From Octopus vulgaris (taxonomy: Eukaryota): 64,000 nucleotides of DNA. Positions 38,054-49,847 of this stretch are shown here, piece after piece. Location: the NCBI GenBank assembly GCA_951406725.2, contig OX597833.1:47120001-47184000 (forward strand), given 5' to 3'. Numbering within the stretch: the first letter of the stretch is position 1; each line of letters starts with the position of its first letter. The position numbers were made by a program, and so were the translations under genes. The notes below the pieces were generated by a model. It was not told where the DNA came from. It searched no databases and worked only from the letters and a program-made list of their open reading frames with translations.

Positions 38054-38894
38054 TCCTGGGGCAGTGCCAAGCACTGGCTCTCGTGACTGCTGATTATAAC
38101 TGATTGGAAGTGTTATCATGTATCATATATGTTTTGTCTTGGTATAAAAGATGGGCTACAGCAAATATTCTGCTCGGAACCACATATTTGTTTGTCAGTC
38201 GTTTGACCTTAACCAGTTGAGCATGTCCTTTAGTGGCTGTCGATATGTGCATCTCTGATCACGAGCAGGAGTCATGGGGGAGCATCATAGCCGTGTGTTG
38301 AGAGGAATTCTTTGGAGTTTGAATAATTCACCTCTGATATATTTCAATTACGACCAGCTTTACTATATGTATATCAGAAACTACAAGGCGTCGAGCTGGC
38401 AGAAACGTTAGCACGCCGGGCGAAATGCGTAGCCGTATTTCGTCTGCCGTTACGTTCTGAGTTCAAATTCCGCCGAGGTCGACTTTGCCTTTCATCCTTT
38501 CGGGGTCGATTAAATAAGCACCAGTTATGCAGCACTGGGGTCGATATAATCGACTTAATCCGTTTGTCTGCCCTTGCTTGTCCTCTCTGTGTTTAGCCCC
38601 TTGTGGGTAGTAAAGAAATAGATATATGGGTGTTTCGTTCAACATCCTTAAACAACCCTTATTCAGAGACCTTTTGAGTGAGATGGACTACTCGACCTGA
38701 AGAAAATTATAACAGGCCCCTGCCTGTAAGATCATGGGCTATTTATCTTGATATGAGATCACCATGTTGCGCGCATATGGTTGTGATGCATGTGCCTGGT
38801 GTTCCCTTATCAGACGAGTAGTTATGGTGAATATATTAGGCTTCGTATATTTTAACCCAGTGTCATTTTTATGGTATACACTGCTCTCTCACTC

Positions 38895-38989
<95 letters not shown>

Positions 38990-39015
38990 CAACAACAACA
39001 ACAATAATAATAATT
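36690..39015 (+). mobile_element. Array of four R4/Dong-like 3' fragments separated by (TAA)n
   Basis: Inserts at 36782-36970, 37046-37388 (YLKMIPGLPSLQEVQKIVLTGTTHVLRRALSL*), 37460-37993 and 38053-38894, each bounded by (TAA)n; the last two belong to one family. Confidence 0.7.
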
Positions 39016-39426
39016 ACCATGGAAAGTTAAAAATTAGTGGCGAGAATTTTGCATGGAAGGTTTTTTTTAAAAATTGTTTTAAAGTCATAAAACTATTATT
39101 TGTATGTGTGCGTGTGTACACACACACATACACACATACACACACTACGCACACGCACACAAACATTTTTAAGACGTTCGTGTATTATATCAGTTGGATT
39201 TGGTAAAGTCCTAAATTATATCTTTTAAAAATCTACGTTGCAACTAAATACCTCATGAGACGCAACTGGACTCCATTTGACGACAACTAACTAGCCGAAA
39301 CATTGGAATACAAATCATTGTATTCTGAGTAACTGTTAAAAACAGTACAATAAAGCATCTAGAGTTGTCTCCAATACTTTCCAATGGCAGGAAAGGAAAA
39401 TATTAGTCATTGAATCATATTATTTA

Positions 39427-39957
39427 CCGTAAATCTTCGAGTATGGTCCGCCCTTGAGTATAATACGCAGGGGATTTTTAGGGGGGGGGGGGGGCTGTAC
39501 CTCTGAAAAACCTAAACCTTGTGTATAATACGCACTCCTTCTCTAACTTGAGTCGTGCGTAATTAAGTCAGCAGCACCTAGTCGAACAAACACTTCCGCG
39601 TATGCGTAATACAATAATGGTGATGTTCTTAACTGTTATATGGGAATGTAAATATGTTTGCAAATTGTTTTTGTTACATGTTATTCTGTGTTCTGAATAC
39701 TTTTATTTTAATAAATGTTGCTTACTGCAAGTTATGGCTGATTCTTTTATGACGTCATTGCTTTCAGGCTTAGCTTAAGGTATTTTCGCGCCCGACATCA
39801 CAAAATACGTCTGAATAAACATTGCCGGACAGCAAATAGAGTCTCGAACATTGCTTAGAAAATATTTTTCATTTTTAACCTCGTATATAGTACGCACTGG
39901 GGATTTTGACCTTTAAATTTTGGGGGGGAAATGCGGATTATACCCGAGGATTTACGG
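39427..39957. mobile_element. Tc1/pogo-type MITE
   Basis: TA TSD; about 25-bp imperfect TIR CCGTAAATC(T/C)TCG(A/G)GTAT..TCCGC. Confidence 0.8.
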
Positions 39958-40462
39958 TAATACTTCTATTGTATATATAAATATACTTTAGTTGTTTAAT
40001 ATCCTTATAATTAAATGTCTTTCACCTAAGACGAACTTAATCTGTGTTTATTTATCATTTCAACTGCGACAATTTACTTGCTAATGCTTGGACATATTAC
40101 ACAGAGAGGCTACACTTCGCTAAAGAGCCTTAGAAAAAAAGGAGAAAAAAAAGAAGAGCTGCATTCTAAATTGTTTCCCCTTTTCTCCCCTTACTTGGTC
40201 ATAAATTTTGTATCGTTTCTCTTTTCTATTTATCCTCCTCTTAATTCTTTTACTTTTCTTTAATAAAGGATACAGCTAAAAATGTCAGGTCGTCTTTTAT
40301 CTCTTTTCATTTGGCGTATTTGTTTTCATTGCACATATTCTCTGGTTTTATTCTTTCATTTAATTTTTCTACACTTTTTCCATGACAAGTTTTACTTGTC
40401 TAACCTCATACATTTTGTTTGTCGATTCCTCACTATATATTCCTCTTCGTCTTACTTGTTTG

Positions 40463-40578
<116 letters not shown>

Positions 40579-40717
40579 AGAGAGAGAGAGGGAGTGAGTA
40601 AGTGAGTAAAAACATACAAGAAAAGTTGACCGGTCAAATTAACTTTAAATTAATAGAGAAAAAGAAAACGCAACACATACACACATGCATACATACATAC
40701 ATACATACATACATACA

Positions 40718-40748
<31 letters not shown>

Positions 40749-41217
40749 TTACACACGTAATACGTTCATACATACATATGGTGCCTATGTATGTAAACAG
40801 TGGCGTTGCGTAGATTTTGATTGCTCTGTGCTGCGACCATATTGGCTGCCTCCTTCGTTAAACACGGCAAACCTTTGACTACACCAAAAACACGTATTTC
40901 AAGTGGACACCCAATGTAGTCCCGTTCCTCCTACGCTCCACCACGCCATCTTTTATGTTTTACTTGTTTCAGTCATTAGGCCACGGCCATGCTGGAGCAC
41001 TATCTATTTTGAATTTGAAGGGTTTAGTCAAACAAATCGACGCCAGAACTTGTTCCTTTTTTCTTTTCTTTTCTTTTCTTTTCTCTTCTTTTTTTTTTTT
41101 ACTGTCTCGTACTTATTCTATCAGTCTCTTTTCCAGAGACGTAAACAGACCAACACCAGTTGTCAAACAGTGGTAGGGACAAACACAAGTATAAAGACCG
41201 CATGCACACACGCGAGC

Positions 41218-41387
41218 ACACACACACATACATACACACATACATACATACATGCATACATACACACATACATACATACATACACACATACATACATACA
41301 TACATACACACACACACATACATACATACACACATACATACATACATACACACATACATATATACATACATACATACATACACACAC

Positions 41388-41444
<57 letters not shown>

Positions 41445-41648
41445 TACATACATACATACATAAATACATACATACATACATACATACATACACACACACA
41501 CATACATACATACATACATAAATACATACATACATACATACACACATACATACATACATACACACATACATACATACATACATACACACACACACATACA
41601 TACATACATACATAAATACATACATACATACATACATACATACATACA

Positions 41649-41677
<29 letters not shown>
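41218..41677. repeat. (CATA)n/(CA)n microsatellite
   Basis: Direct inspection; similar tracts at 32630-33085, 40689-40745, 44213-44277, 44412-44945 and 60093-60165. Confidence 0.97.
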
Positions 41678-41679
<2 letters not shown>

Positions 41680-42269
41680 GATCTACTACATATGTGGGAA
41701 ATTCTGTCTGTGGGTGTGCTTGTGGAGTTGTTAGTTAACTCATCCTACATCGTTTTATCGATTTTGATGAAACCTGACACGTGAGTAGAACTCATGTCCA
41801 GAAACCTCATGGCATACTCAGATTGCTGGAAAACAAATCGATAATAGGGCCCCTGGAAGGGATCCTTATATATACGTAATATACTTTATTTTAAAAACCA
41901 AAAGAAATAACCTCTTCGCCCCTGGAAGGGATCCTTATATGTAGCCAAGGGAAATAACCCATTCATTTTCCTGAATTATTTGTTAAAAATGAAACTGAGT
42001 ATGCTTATTTCTTAGTATTTGAACTGTTAGAATTATTTTCGCAATTTATCCCGTACAACCTTTAAACAAATAAATAGTATTTTCCTAAACAATAGATCAA
42101 CTTATTTCGGTTAGTGACTTTTTCACGAATATACCGACACTAGCGCCCCTGAGGGTAATATTCTCTGGGAACACACAAAAGCCCTTTTCAGAGTTATTTA
42201 CTTTGAATTGTTATTATCTCATATCTGATTAGCCTGTTATTACGGAACATGCTTCATGATTTTAGGTTT

Positions 42270-44212
42270 TAGTAACGAAATTACAAAACAGAAATAACTT
42301 AGATAGAAAACAAAACTTGAAAACATCAACATCGTACGCCGTCATATCGGATGGTTAACTACAACAATAAAATGTAAGGAGAAAAATGAGTTTACACCTC
42401 ACTAACTCTAACTTAGACAAAAATTAACGAAACTTTATGGCAACTCTTCACACCGAGCTCTTGAGCGAAAGCTAATCACTTTAAAACATAAACCCAGGAC
42501 GATGAGCGAGAAACTCTGCTATCGCATACAAATTTTTGAAGAAGCCAGTAACACTTGCAAGTTTGCTTCCAACCCACAAGCATTATACAGAGAGATAAAG
42601 AAGGAAAACATTACTATTAACAAAACTCCTTTTTGGAATGAAAAGAAGGATTTCAAACTGAATGCATCATGGTTAAATACAACTGAGAGGTAATACTGTA
42701 CCAACACTAACAGTAAAACATACAAAATTGACGAAGAAACCTTCGCTAAAGCAGTAGGCAAACAGCAGAATAGGAAGGCAACTGGAAAGGACCTAATAGT
42801 TGGATATTGCTACAAGAAGCTGACATTTTATAGAAACCAATTGATATGTATATTCAAAAGGACAATGAAAGGTTAGGCTGATATACCAAATTGGCTTGCT
42901 ACAGCAAAAACAAATCTTGTTGCATACAAAAAAAGACTATGCATAATTATGTTGCTCGGAAGCTTGAAGAAGACAATAGAATTGACACGAAGCACAACCT
43001 ATCTTGGCACAAGACCACTACACCACATCACACTTTGGATGCTATGCGTTAGCAATCCAGGAGCAGGAGATTGTCACAATGTAGCTGGTGAACAAGAGGG
43101 ACAGTGACGCTCTTCTAATCGCAAGATGCAACCGGATGTGTAGGCTATGTCATGTTTCTGTGGAAAACATCACGCATATTATTAGCAGCTGTCCTAAAAT
43201 GTCGTCACGGTACTACCTTCCTATGCGGCACGATGTTGCTGCTAAAACAATTTACAATGCCATACGCAAAAAAACCCCAAAAAAACTGTAGCGTCACAAA
43301 CAACCAGAGATCTCGCAGCAGCCAATGCTGCTGGTGTTGTCTGTCGCTGGAACTGGCTGTGTGCTCTGTGGTCAGTGGTTAGACCTTTGAGGGTCTAGAA
43401 TCAAAAGATCTCGACTCGAAGAATCGCTGAAGTTTTATAGCAAGTTATCGGCTCAAACGGAGATTTAGAAAAGATTGTGTTCCGGGGCCTTATCAGAAGG
43501 CTGCGATTGGTTGGGTTGCACATTGGCGCGTAACAGAGCAAGAGACAAACTGTGCCAATACCAATCAATCAGAGTAATGGACACAACAAAGTCCAAGCGG
43601 CCGAAGGCTAGCTGTTATCTACTACGTCCGTATTTATCTTATATATAACAAAGAGGGAGAGAGAATTTCACTAAGCATCCACTACAAGACTATCCTGAAA
43701 TAAACTTTAAAAATCCCTCTGTTATGGAATACATTCATAAACACCAACTCAAGGAATACTGGTGAAATATTCCCGTCAAATGTAAACATAACAGGCCGGA
43801 TATTGTTGTTTGGGACAGAGGGGCAAAGGCATGTACCAGCATAGAGGTCAACTGCCCTGCAGATATAAATATCTCTTTGAAAATCAAAGAAAAAGAGGAT
43901 ATCTATGGGCAACTGCTTCGAAATCTCCAGCTTCTATATCCAGACTATGAATTCATATTCATACCAATAATAATTGGAGCACTAGGTTTTGTTAGTAAAT
44001 GATTAAAGGAGAATCTGGATAAACTGGGATTTTCAGAAAGAGAAATCGACCGGCTAAGTCATTCAAGTGCAATCTGTGGGTGGAACAGTAAAAATATGCA
44101 AGACTTTTCTAAAGTTCCAAATGTGAATTTGTCTGTGTTAACTACATCCTTTGTAGGAAACCGGCTCCCTCCTCGGTGGAAGATTTATAATAATTAAAGA
44201 ATAGAAGAGAAA
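42270..44212 (+). pseudogene. Decayed R4/Dong-like non-LTR retrotransposon (RT core deleted; zinc knuckle and restriction-like endonuclease retained)
   Basis: RKATGKDLIVGYCYKKL..IPNWLA (pre-RT), AIQEQEI, CRLCHVSVENITHIISSC..RHD (CCHC), HNRPDIVVWD..IEVNCPAD..KIKEKEDIY..IPIIIGALG (PD..D/ExK RLE). Confidence 0.88.
43287..43686 (-). mobile_element. Solo LTR (400 bp) inserted in the R4/Dong-like element
   Basis: Starts TGTAG and ends CTACA; flanks AAAC/AGAC; interrupts the reading ...AIRKK|DYPEI; CCAAT and TATAAAA motifs on the minus strand. Confidence 0.7.
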
Positions 44213-44642
44213 TACATACATACATACATACATACATACATACATACATACATACATACATACATACATACATACATTAGTTATGATGAATATCCGTCAG
44301 CACGAAGCTATTGTAGAAGACATTTACCCAAAATGTTGCGCTGTGGGACTGAACATGAAACCACATGGTCGCAAAGCAAGCTTCTTAACCACATAACCAT
44401 GCCTGCGCATTGTATGTATGTATGTATGTATGTATGTATGTATGTATGTATGTATGTATGTATGTATGTATGTATGTATGTATGTATGTATGTATGTATG
44501 GATGGATGTATGTATGTGTGTGTGTATGTATGTGTGTGTGTATGTATGTAAGTATGTATGTATGTATGCATGCATGCATGTATGTATATATGTATCTGTG
44601 TGTATGTATGTATGTATGTATGTATGTATGTATGTATGTATG

Positions 44643-44676
<34 letters not shown>

Positions 44677-45510
44677 TTTATGTATGTATTTATGTATGTA
44701 TGTATGTATGTATGTATGGATGGATGGATGGATGGATGTATGTATGTGTGTGTGTATGTATGTATGCATGCATGCATGTATGTATGTATGTATGTATGTA
44801 TGTATGTATGTATGTATGTATGTATGTATGTATGTATTTATGTATGTATTTATGTATGTATGTATGTATGTATGTATGTATGTATGTATGTATGTATGTA
44901 TGTATGTATGTATGTATGTATGTGTGTGTGTATGTATGTGTATGCATGTGTGTACGTGGGAGAAACAGAGAGCAAATTTCCATATAAAAATTCCTTTTTT
45001 AATCGGTTTCTTTAACACCAGGTAAAATCGTACACACACGCCGACATAGGTGCAAACACACACAACACTCCAATGGAGCCTGTACGTGAGAACTCGTATT
45101 GCTAGAAATAACAGCCAAATCCTCTCTTAACTCACAACCTCGTGGTCTCTTACATAAGGGGACTTTAGATAATGTAGTCCCACATAACCCTTAAATAGAC
45201 GGGACGGGATGGTTGTAGTTCTGATGTCTTTGATCGTGTCTGCTTAGTTAATGCTGACCAAGGGTTATATAACAATAAACACACACACACACACACACAC
45301 TTCTTCCTCCCTGCCCGACACACTCCTCTTTATATCTTTTTCTATCAGTCTGGTGTCTGTCAGTTCTTCATCTCTCTCTCTCTCTCTCTCGCAAATATAC
45401 ACAAACTACTCTCTAAGTTTGTCTACCGCACTCCTATTCTTCTACATTTCTCCTCTCTTCTTAATTATTCTGTCTTTCTCTCTCTCTCTCTCTTTCTGTT
45501 TATCTGTCAA

Positions 45511-45596
<86 letters not shown>

Positions 45597-45873
45597 CCAT
45601 CATCACACAGTCATTCCTTTCCCTTTTCTCTATCTGCCTGCTGTTCTGTCTCTGCTCTGCTCTGCTCTGCTTTGCTCACGTTGAAATCATTATTATTAGA
45701 TCTAAATGAAAAGACCCCTTTATACATACATACATACATATATATATATGTAATTTTTAAAGATTCATTATCGCGGCAGAGGAAAGAGAGAACGAAAAAA
45801 AAAAAAAGGCAAGGCAAGGCAAGCAGTTGGGTTACTATTTTCTGCTTGTTGGCATTTAGCATTCCGACGGCAC

Positions 45874-45883
45874 CTGACGTCAG
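45874..45883. promoter_or_regulatory. Palindromic CRE/ATF site upstream of the DnaJ ATG
   Basis: cTGACGTCAg about 265 bp upstream of the ATG, in non-repetitive, CpG-retaining sequence. Confidence 0.4.
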
Positions 45884-46147
45884 ATGTAAATAAGGAATAG
45901 TAAGTTCAGTGAAAAAATGGCTCCCCACCATTCTGCAGCTGGTACTGCTTGTCATTTACTCCAGGCCGCACCAAAAAGTCGGCTGGAAATTAGATAATAT
46001 TCTTGACCGCTAGTATTTATAATACAAGGCTGATGCGAAAGAGAGATACATATAGGTATATAAAAAAAAATACAACTCGAAAACAAAACAAAAAAATCGA
46101 AAACTACCAAACTGAAAACTGTTGATATTAAATAATAAAAAAGAAAA

Positions 46148-46812
46148 ATGAAGAATCTGTATTCTATAGTTGGGGTGGATGAAAACGCAACATCTGAAGA
46201 AATTAAAAAGTCATATAAAAAACTGGCCAAGAAATTACATCCAGATAAAAACAAAAGCGAAGATGCCGAAGAAAAGTTTAAAGAACTTTCCAAAGCTTAC
46301 GAAGTTCTAAAGAGTAAAGAGAGCCGGCAAGATTATGATTTCCAGCGAAAGTACTGTCAGAAAGGAGACGAAAGTAAGCGGTTTCAAACGAAAACCACAT
46401 ACGACCCTCGTTCGAGAACAAGGACTTTTAGGTTCTACGATTCACCGGAACAGGATAAGAGTTATGAAAATAAAACCAACGACAGCAATTTCAGCGATCA
46501 GTACCGACGCAAAGAAAGAAATGGTGGAGCAAAACAGGATAAGAGTTATGAAAATAAAACCAACGACAGCAATTTCAGCGATCAGTACCGACGCAAAGAA
46601 AGAAATGGTGGGGCAAAACAGAAGAAGAGTTATTACTTCAACAAGAGATCGAATTCGGATTCTTCCAGCTCGTCATCTTCGTTTCGGTCTTCTGCCGAAA
46701 GGAGTACTCCTCGTTCTACAAATCACATGAACGGACATAGAGAGAACTATGAAGAGCCTTTCGAGTATTACAATCGCACTTCTGCAACACAAAACGAACG
46801 GACACGAACAAG
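46148..46812 (+). CDS. J-domain (DnaJ/Hsp40 family) protein, first coding exon; downstream exons not identified
   Basis: MKNLYSIVGVDENATSEEIKKSYKKLAKKLHPDKNKSEDAEEKFKELSKAYEVLK..RQDYD is a canonical J domain with the HPD motif, followed by a charged, Ser-rich tail. The ORF's TGA lies inside ag|GTGAGT, a consensus donor at 46813, so it is probably an intron start. Confidence 0.85.
46451..46618 (+). repeat. In-frame 84-bp tandem duplication inside the DnaJ exon
   Basis: 46451-46534 and 46535-46618 are identical except one synonymous change (gga/ggg); QDKSYENKTNDSNFSDQYRRKERNGGAK occurs twice. Confidence 0.97.
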
Positions 46813-46977
46813 GTGAGTTAAACTTGCGAAATGAAAAATTATTTTGTTTGCATGCACGCTCCCTACCATCACTACCACCTCGCGCGCGCGTGTGTGTGTG
46901 TGTTTTCTTTATGGATTTTCCACTGGACAGAAGACCCTATGTTGTTGTTGACAGAGCCTCTGAGAAGAATATAGAAT

Positions 46978-47407
46978 AGATATTTTCGGTTTGAACGGCA
47001 GTTTTTAACATAATTTCTAGGTAACTAAAAAAATTTAAACTTCGTATACTGGTAGAATGTATTTATAAAACATCTCTTTCTCTTGGCTTTATTGAGAAAA
47101 TTCTATAGTTTGTAAGATATTTGTTGATTTTTTTCTTCAATTTCTGCAATTTCAACCAATCAATGACGTCTATTGAGGTAAAAAAAAAACATTCTGTGCC
47201 GTATGAATATGTCCCTCGTTTAAGAAACAGATTGGGTTTATTTACATTTGTGAAGAAAAAAAGGTACCCTTCCCCCACCCCTAACCCTAACTAACCTTAA
47301 CCCTAAAACAGATTGAAATGCAATAGATCGATACTAGGGTCATAATTATGGGTGACAATTTCATATGACACCGCTAGAAAAAACTGCCGTTCAAACCGAA
47401 AAGATCC
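46978..47407 (+). mobile_element. Merlin-type MITE, copy 2
   Basis: Same TIRs; 8-bp TSD TATAGAAT; internal CCCTAA repeats. Confidence 0.88.
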
Positions 47408-49560
47408 TATAGAATTTCTTTCGCCTCACCTCCTTCCCTGTTTTAATATAGACAAACCGGAGACCCCAGGAAATTTCCCGTACAGTGTCTCCTCTGCACA
47501 CTCTTCTCAAGGGCCCTTTGCAAAATTGAAATTAAGAGCACTGCATGATTGCATTTTTTTTTAAAGAAAAGAACAAAAAAATTTAGTATAAAAATTTTGA
47601 TAAATCAAAAGATAAACTTCGTGTTTCACTTAGTTATTACAGCTAATGAAATAAAGCCGTATAATAGCCCCGTAATGGCAGTGTCAGAGTAAAATGCCTT
47701 GTATTCTCTTACGTTCTTTACCTTCTCAGTTCATATCTATCTACTTTCTATCCTATCTGTATTTATTATATGTAAATATAAAGCAGTTAATCGTTTGCAC
47801 GCCGAACAAAATACTTAGCAGCATTTTCCCTAAAATAATGTAGTAAATATTAACTATGCTCATTATAAATTTAGGAGGCACAAACTTTTTGTCACAGGGA
47901 GGGAAAATGCACGACATAAAATTTTTTGTACATATTAACTTTTATAAGTAAGAGGGAACGTTTGCTATGATACCAAGTAGATATTTTCCCGATTAATATA
48001 AAACAGCATTAAAGCGGCGAGCTGGCAGAACCGTTAGCACGCCGGGCGAAATGCTTAGCGGTATTTCGTCTGCCGCTACGTTCTGAGTTCAAATTCCGCC
48101 GAGGTTGACTTTGTCTTTCGTCCTTTCGGGATCGATAAACTAAGTAGCAGTAACGCACTGGGGTCGATATGATCGACTTAATCCGTTTGTTTGTCCTCTC
48201 TGTGTTTAGCCCCTTGTGGGCGATAAAGAAATAGGTATTTCGTCTGCCGTTACGTTCTGAGTTCAAATTCCGCCGAGGTCGACTTTGCCTTTCATCCTTC
48301 CGGGGTCGATAAATTAGTTACGCACTGGGGTCGATGCAATCGACTTAATCCCTTTGTCTGTCCTCTCTGTGTTTAGCTCCTTGTGGGCGATAAAGAAATA
48401 AGAACCGTTAGCACGCCGGAAAATGCTTTGTAGCATTTCATCCGCCTTTATGTTCCGAGCTCAGATTCCGCAGAGGTCGCCGTTGCCTTTTATCCTTTGG
48501 AGGTCGATAAAATAAGGACCAGTTGAACACTGGGGTCGATGTAATCGACTTACCCCTATCTCCGAAACTGCTGGCCTTGTGCCAAAATTTGAAATCAATA
48601 TAAAACAGCGAGTGTCACTGGCCGTTCTCAGCGGCAAACACCATCGCGGTCATTATCGCGGGGCGCGGTTGAGCACTCTATTTGTTCTGGGATCGCCCCC
48701 GCCCTCTCTTTTTGCTCCCCTTTTATTTCTTTTCCCTTCTTATCTCCTTTCCTGCTTCTTTGTATTTTAAATCTTCTAATAAAATAAAGGTTCATATATA
48801 ACAACTATACAACTGCTAAAACTCAGCCTTATGCCCGAGTCAGATATTAGTATGGGTACTACTAAAGCAGTGTCAATGATGGTAGGCTGTCGAACTAAAT
48901 GAATTGCGGTATTAAAGTGACATTATTTACGCCCTCTGTACAAGTTCCGCCAGTGGTTGACATTTTTCTTTATAATCTGTTCGGGTTTGACGAAATTAAG
49001 TCTGAAGGTAAATAGTGCGGTTGCCATAAACGACTACACCCTACGCTTACGAAGCAGTGACTTTGCGCCAAATTTAGAAATCGTTTATATTATCAGTACA
49101 GTAAAAGTGGCAGACAGCTGTTTTGCTGTATTTAGTTTCCATTCCGATAAAATTCTGAGTTCGAATTCCGCAGGAGTTGATTAGCCAACCACCTTCTTCA
49201 GGTAGGTTGGAGAGAATTGATTAAAAACAAAAAGAGTTCCCAGCATGTAGATGTTAGTGAATATAATTGACTATATAAGTTAATTATCTACACATTTGTG
49301 GCACTGAGCCAAGGTGAAAAATAACAGGTAATTAGTCTTATTATCACTAAAGCAGCGAGCTGGCAGAATCGTTAGCACGGCAGGCAAAATGCTTAGCGGC
49401 ATTTCGTTCGTCTTAACGTTCTAAGTTCAAATACTGCCGAAGTTGACTTTGCCTTTCCTTTTGGGGTCGATAAAATAAGTATTAGTTAAACACTGGGTCC
49501 ACGTAACCGACTAGTCCCCTCCCACCAAAATGTCAGGTTTTATGTATTCAGTAGAAAGGG

Positions 49561-49592
<32 letters not shown>

Positions 49593-49787
49593 ATTTAGGC
49601 GGATAGCTGACAGAATCGTTAGTATGCCGTTCTGAGTTCAAATTCTGCCGAGGTCGACTTTGCCTTTCATCCTTTCGGGGTCGATGAATTAAGTACCAGT
49701 GAAACATTGGGGGTGCGGGTGGGCGATCTAATCGACTAGACTTCTTCCACAAAATTTTAGGTCGTGTGCCTTTAGATAATAGAAAGG

Positions 49788-49847
<60 letters not shown>

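Noticed and set aside
36690-39015. CRISPR-like alternation of repeats and spacers
   Set aside because: The repeats are variable-length (TAA)n, the inserts are 190-840 bp retroposon ends, the context is eukaryotic and there are no cas genes.
40903-45063. 150-250 aa ORFs rich in YIHT/MYVC (also 23477-23997, 31780-33136, 57141-57903)
   Set aside because: Stop-free frames of (CATA)n, (TA)n and (CA)n microsatellites.
47272-47306. Interstitial telomere
   Set aside because: Only 2-4 CCCTAA units and internal to a MITE present three times.
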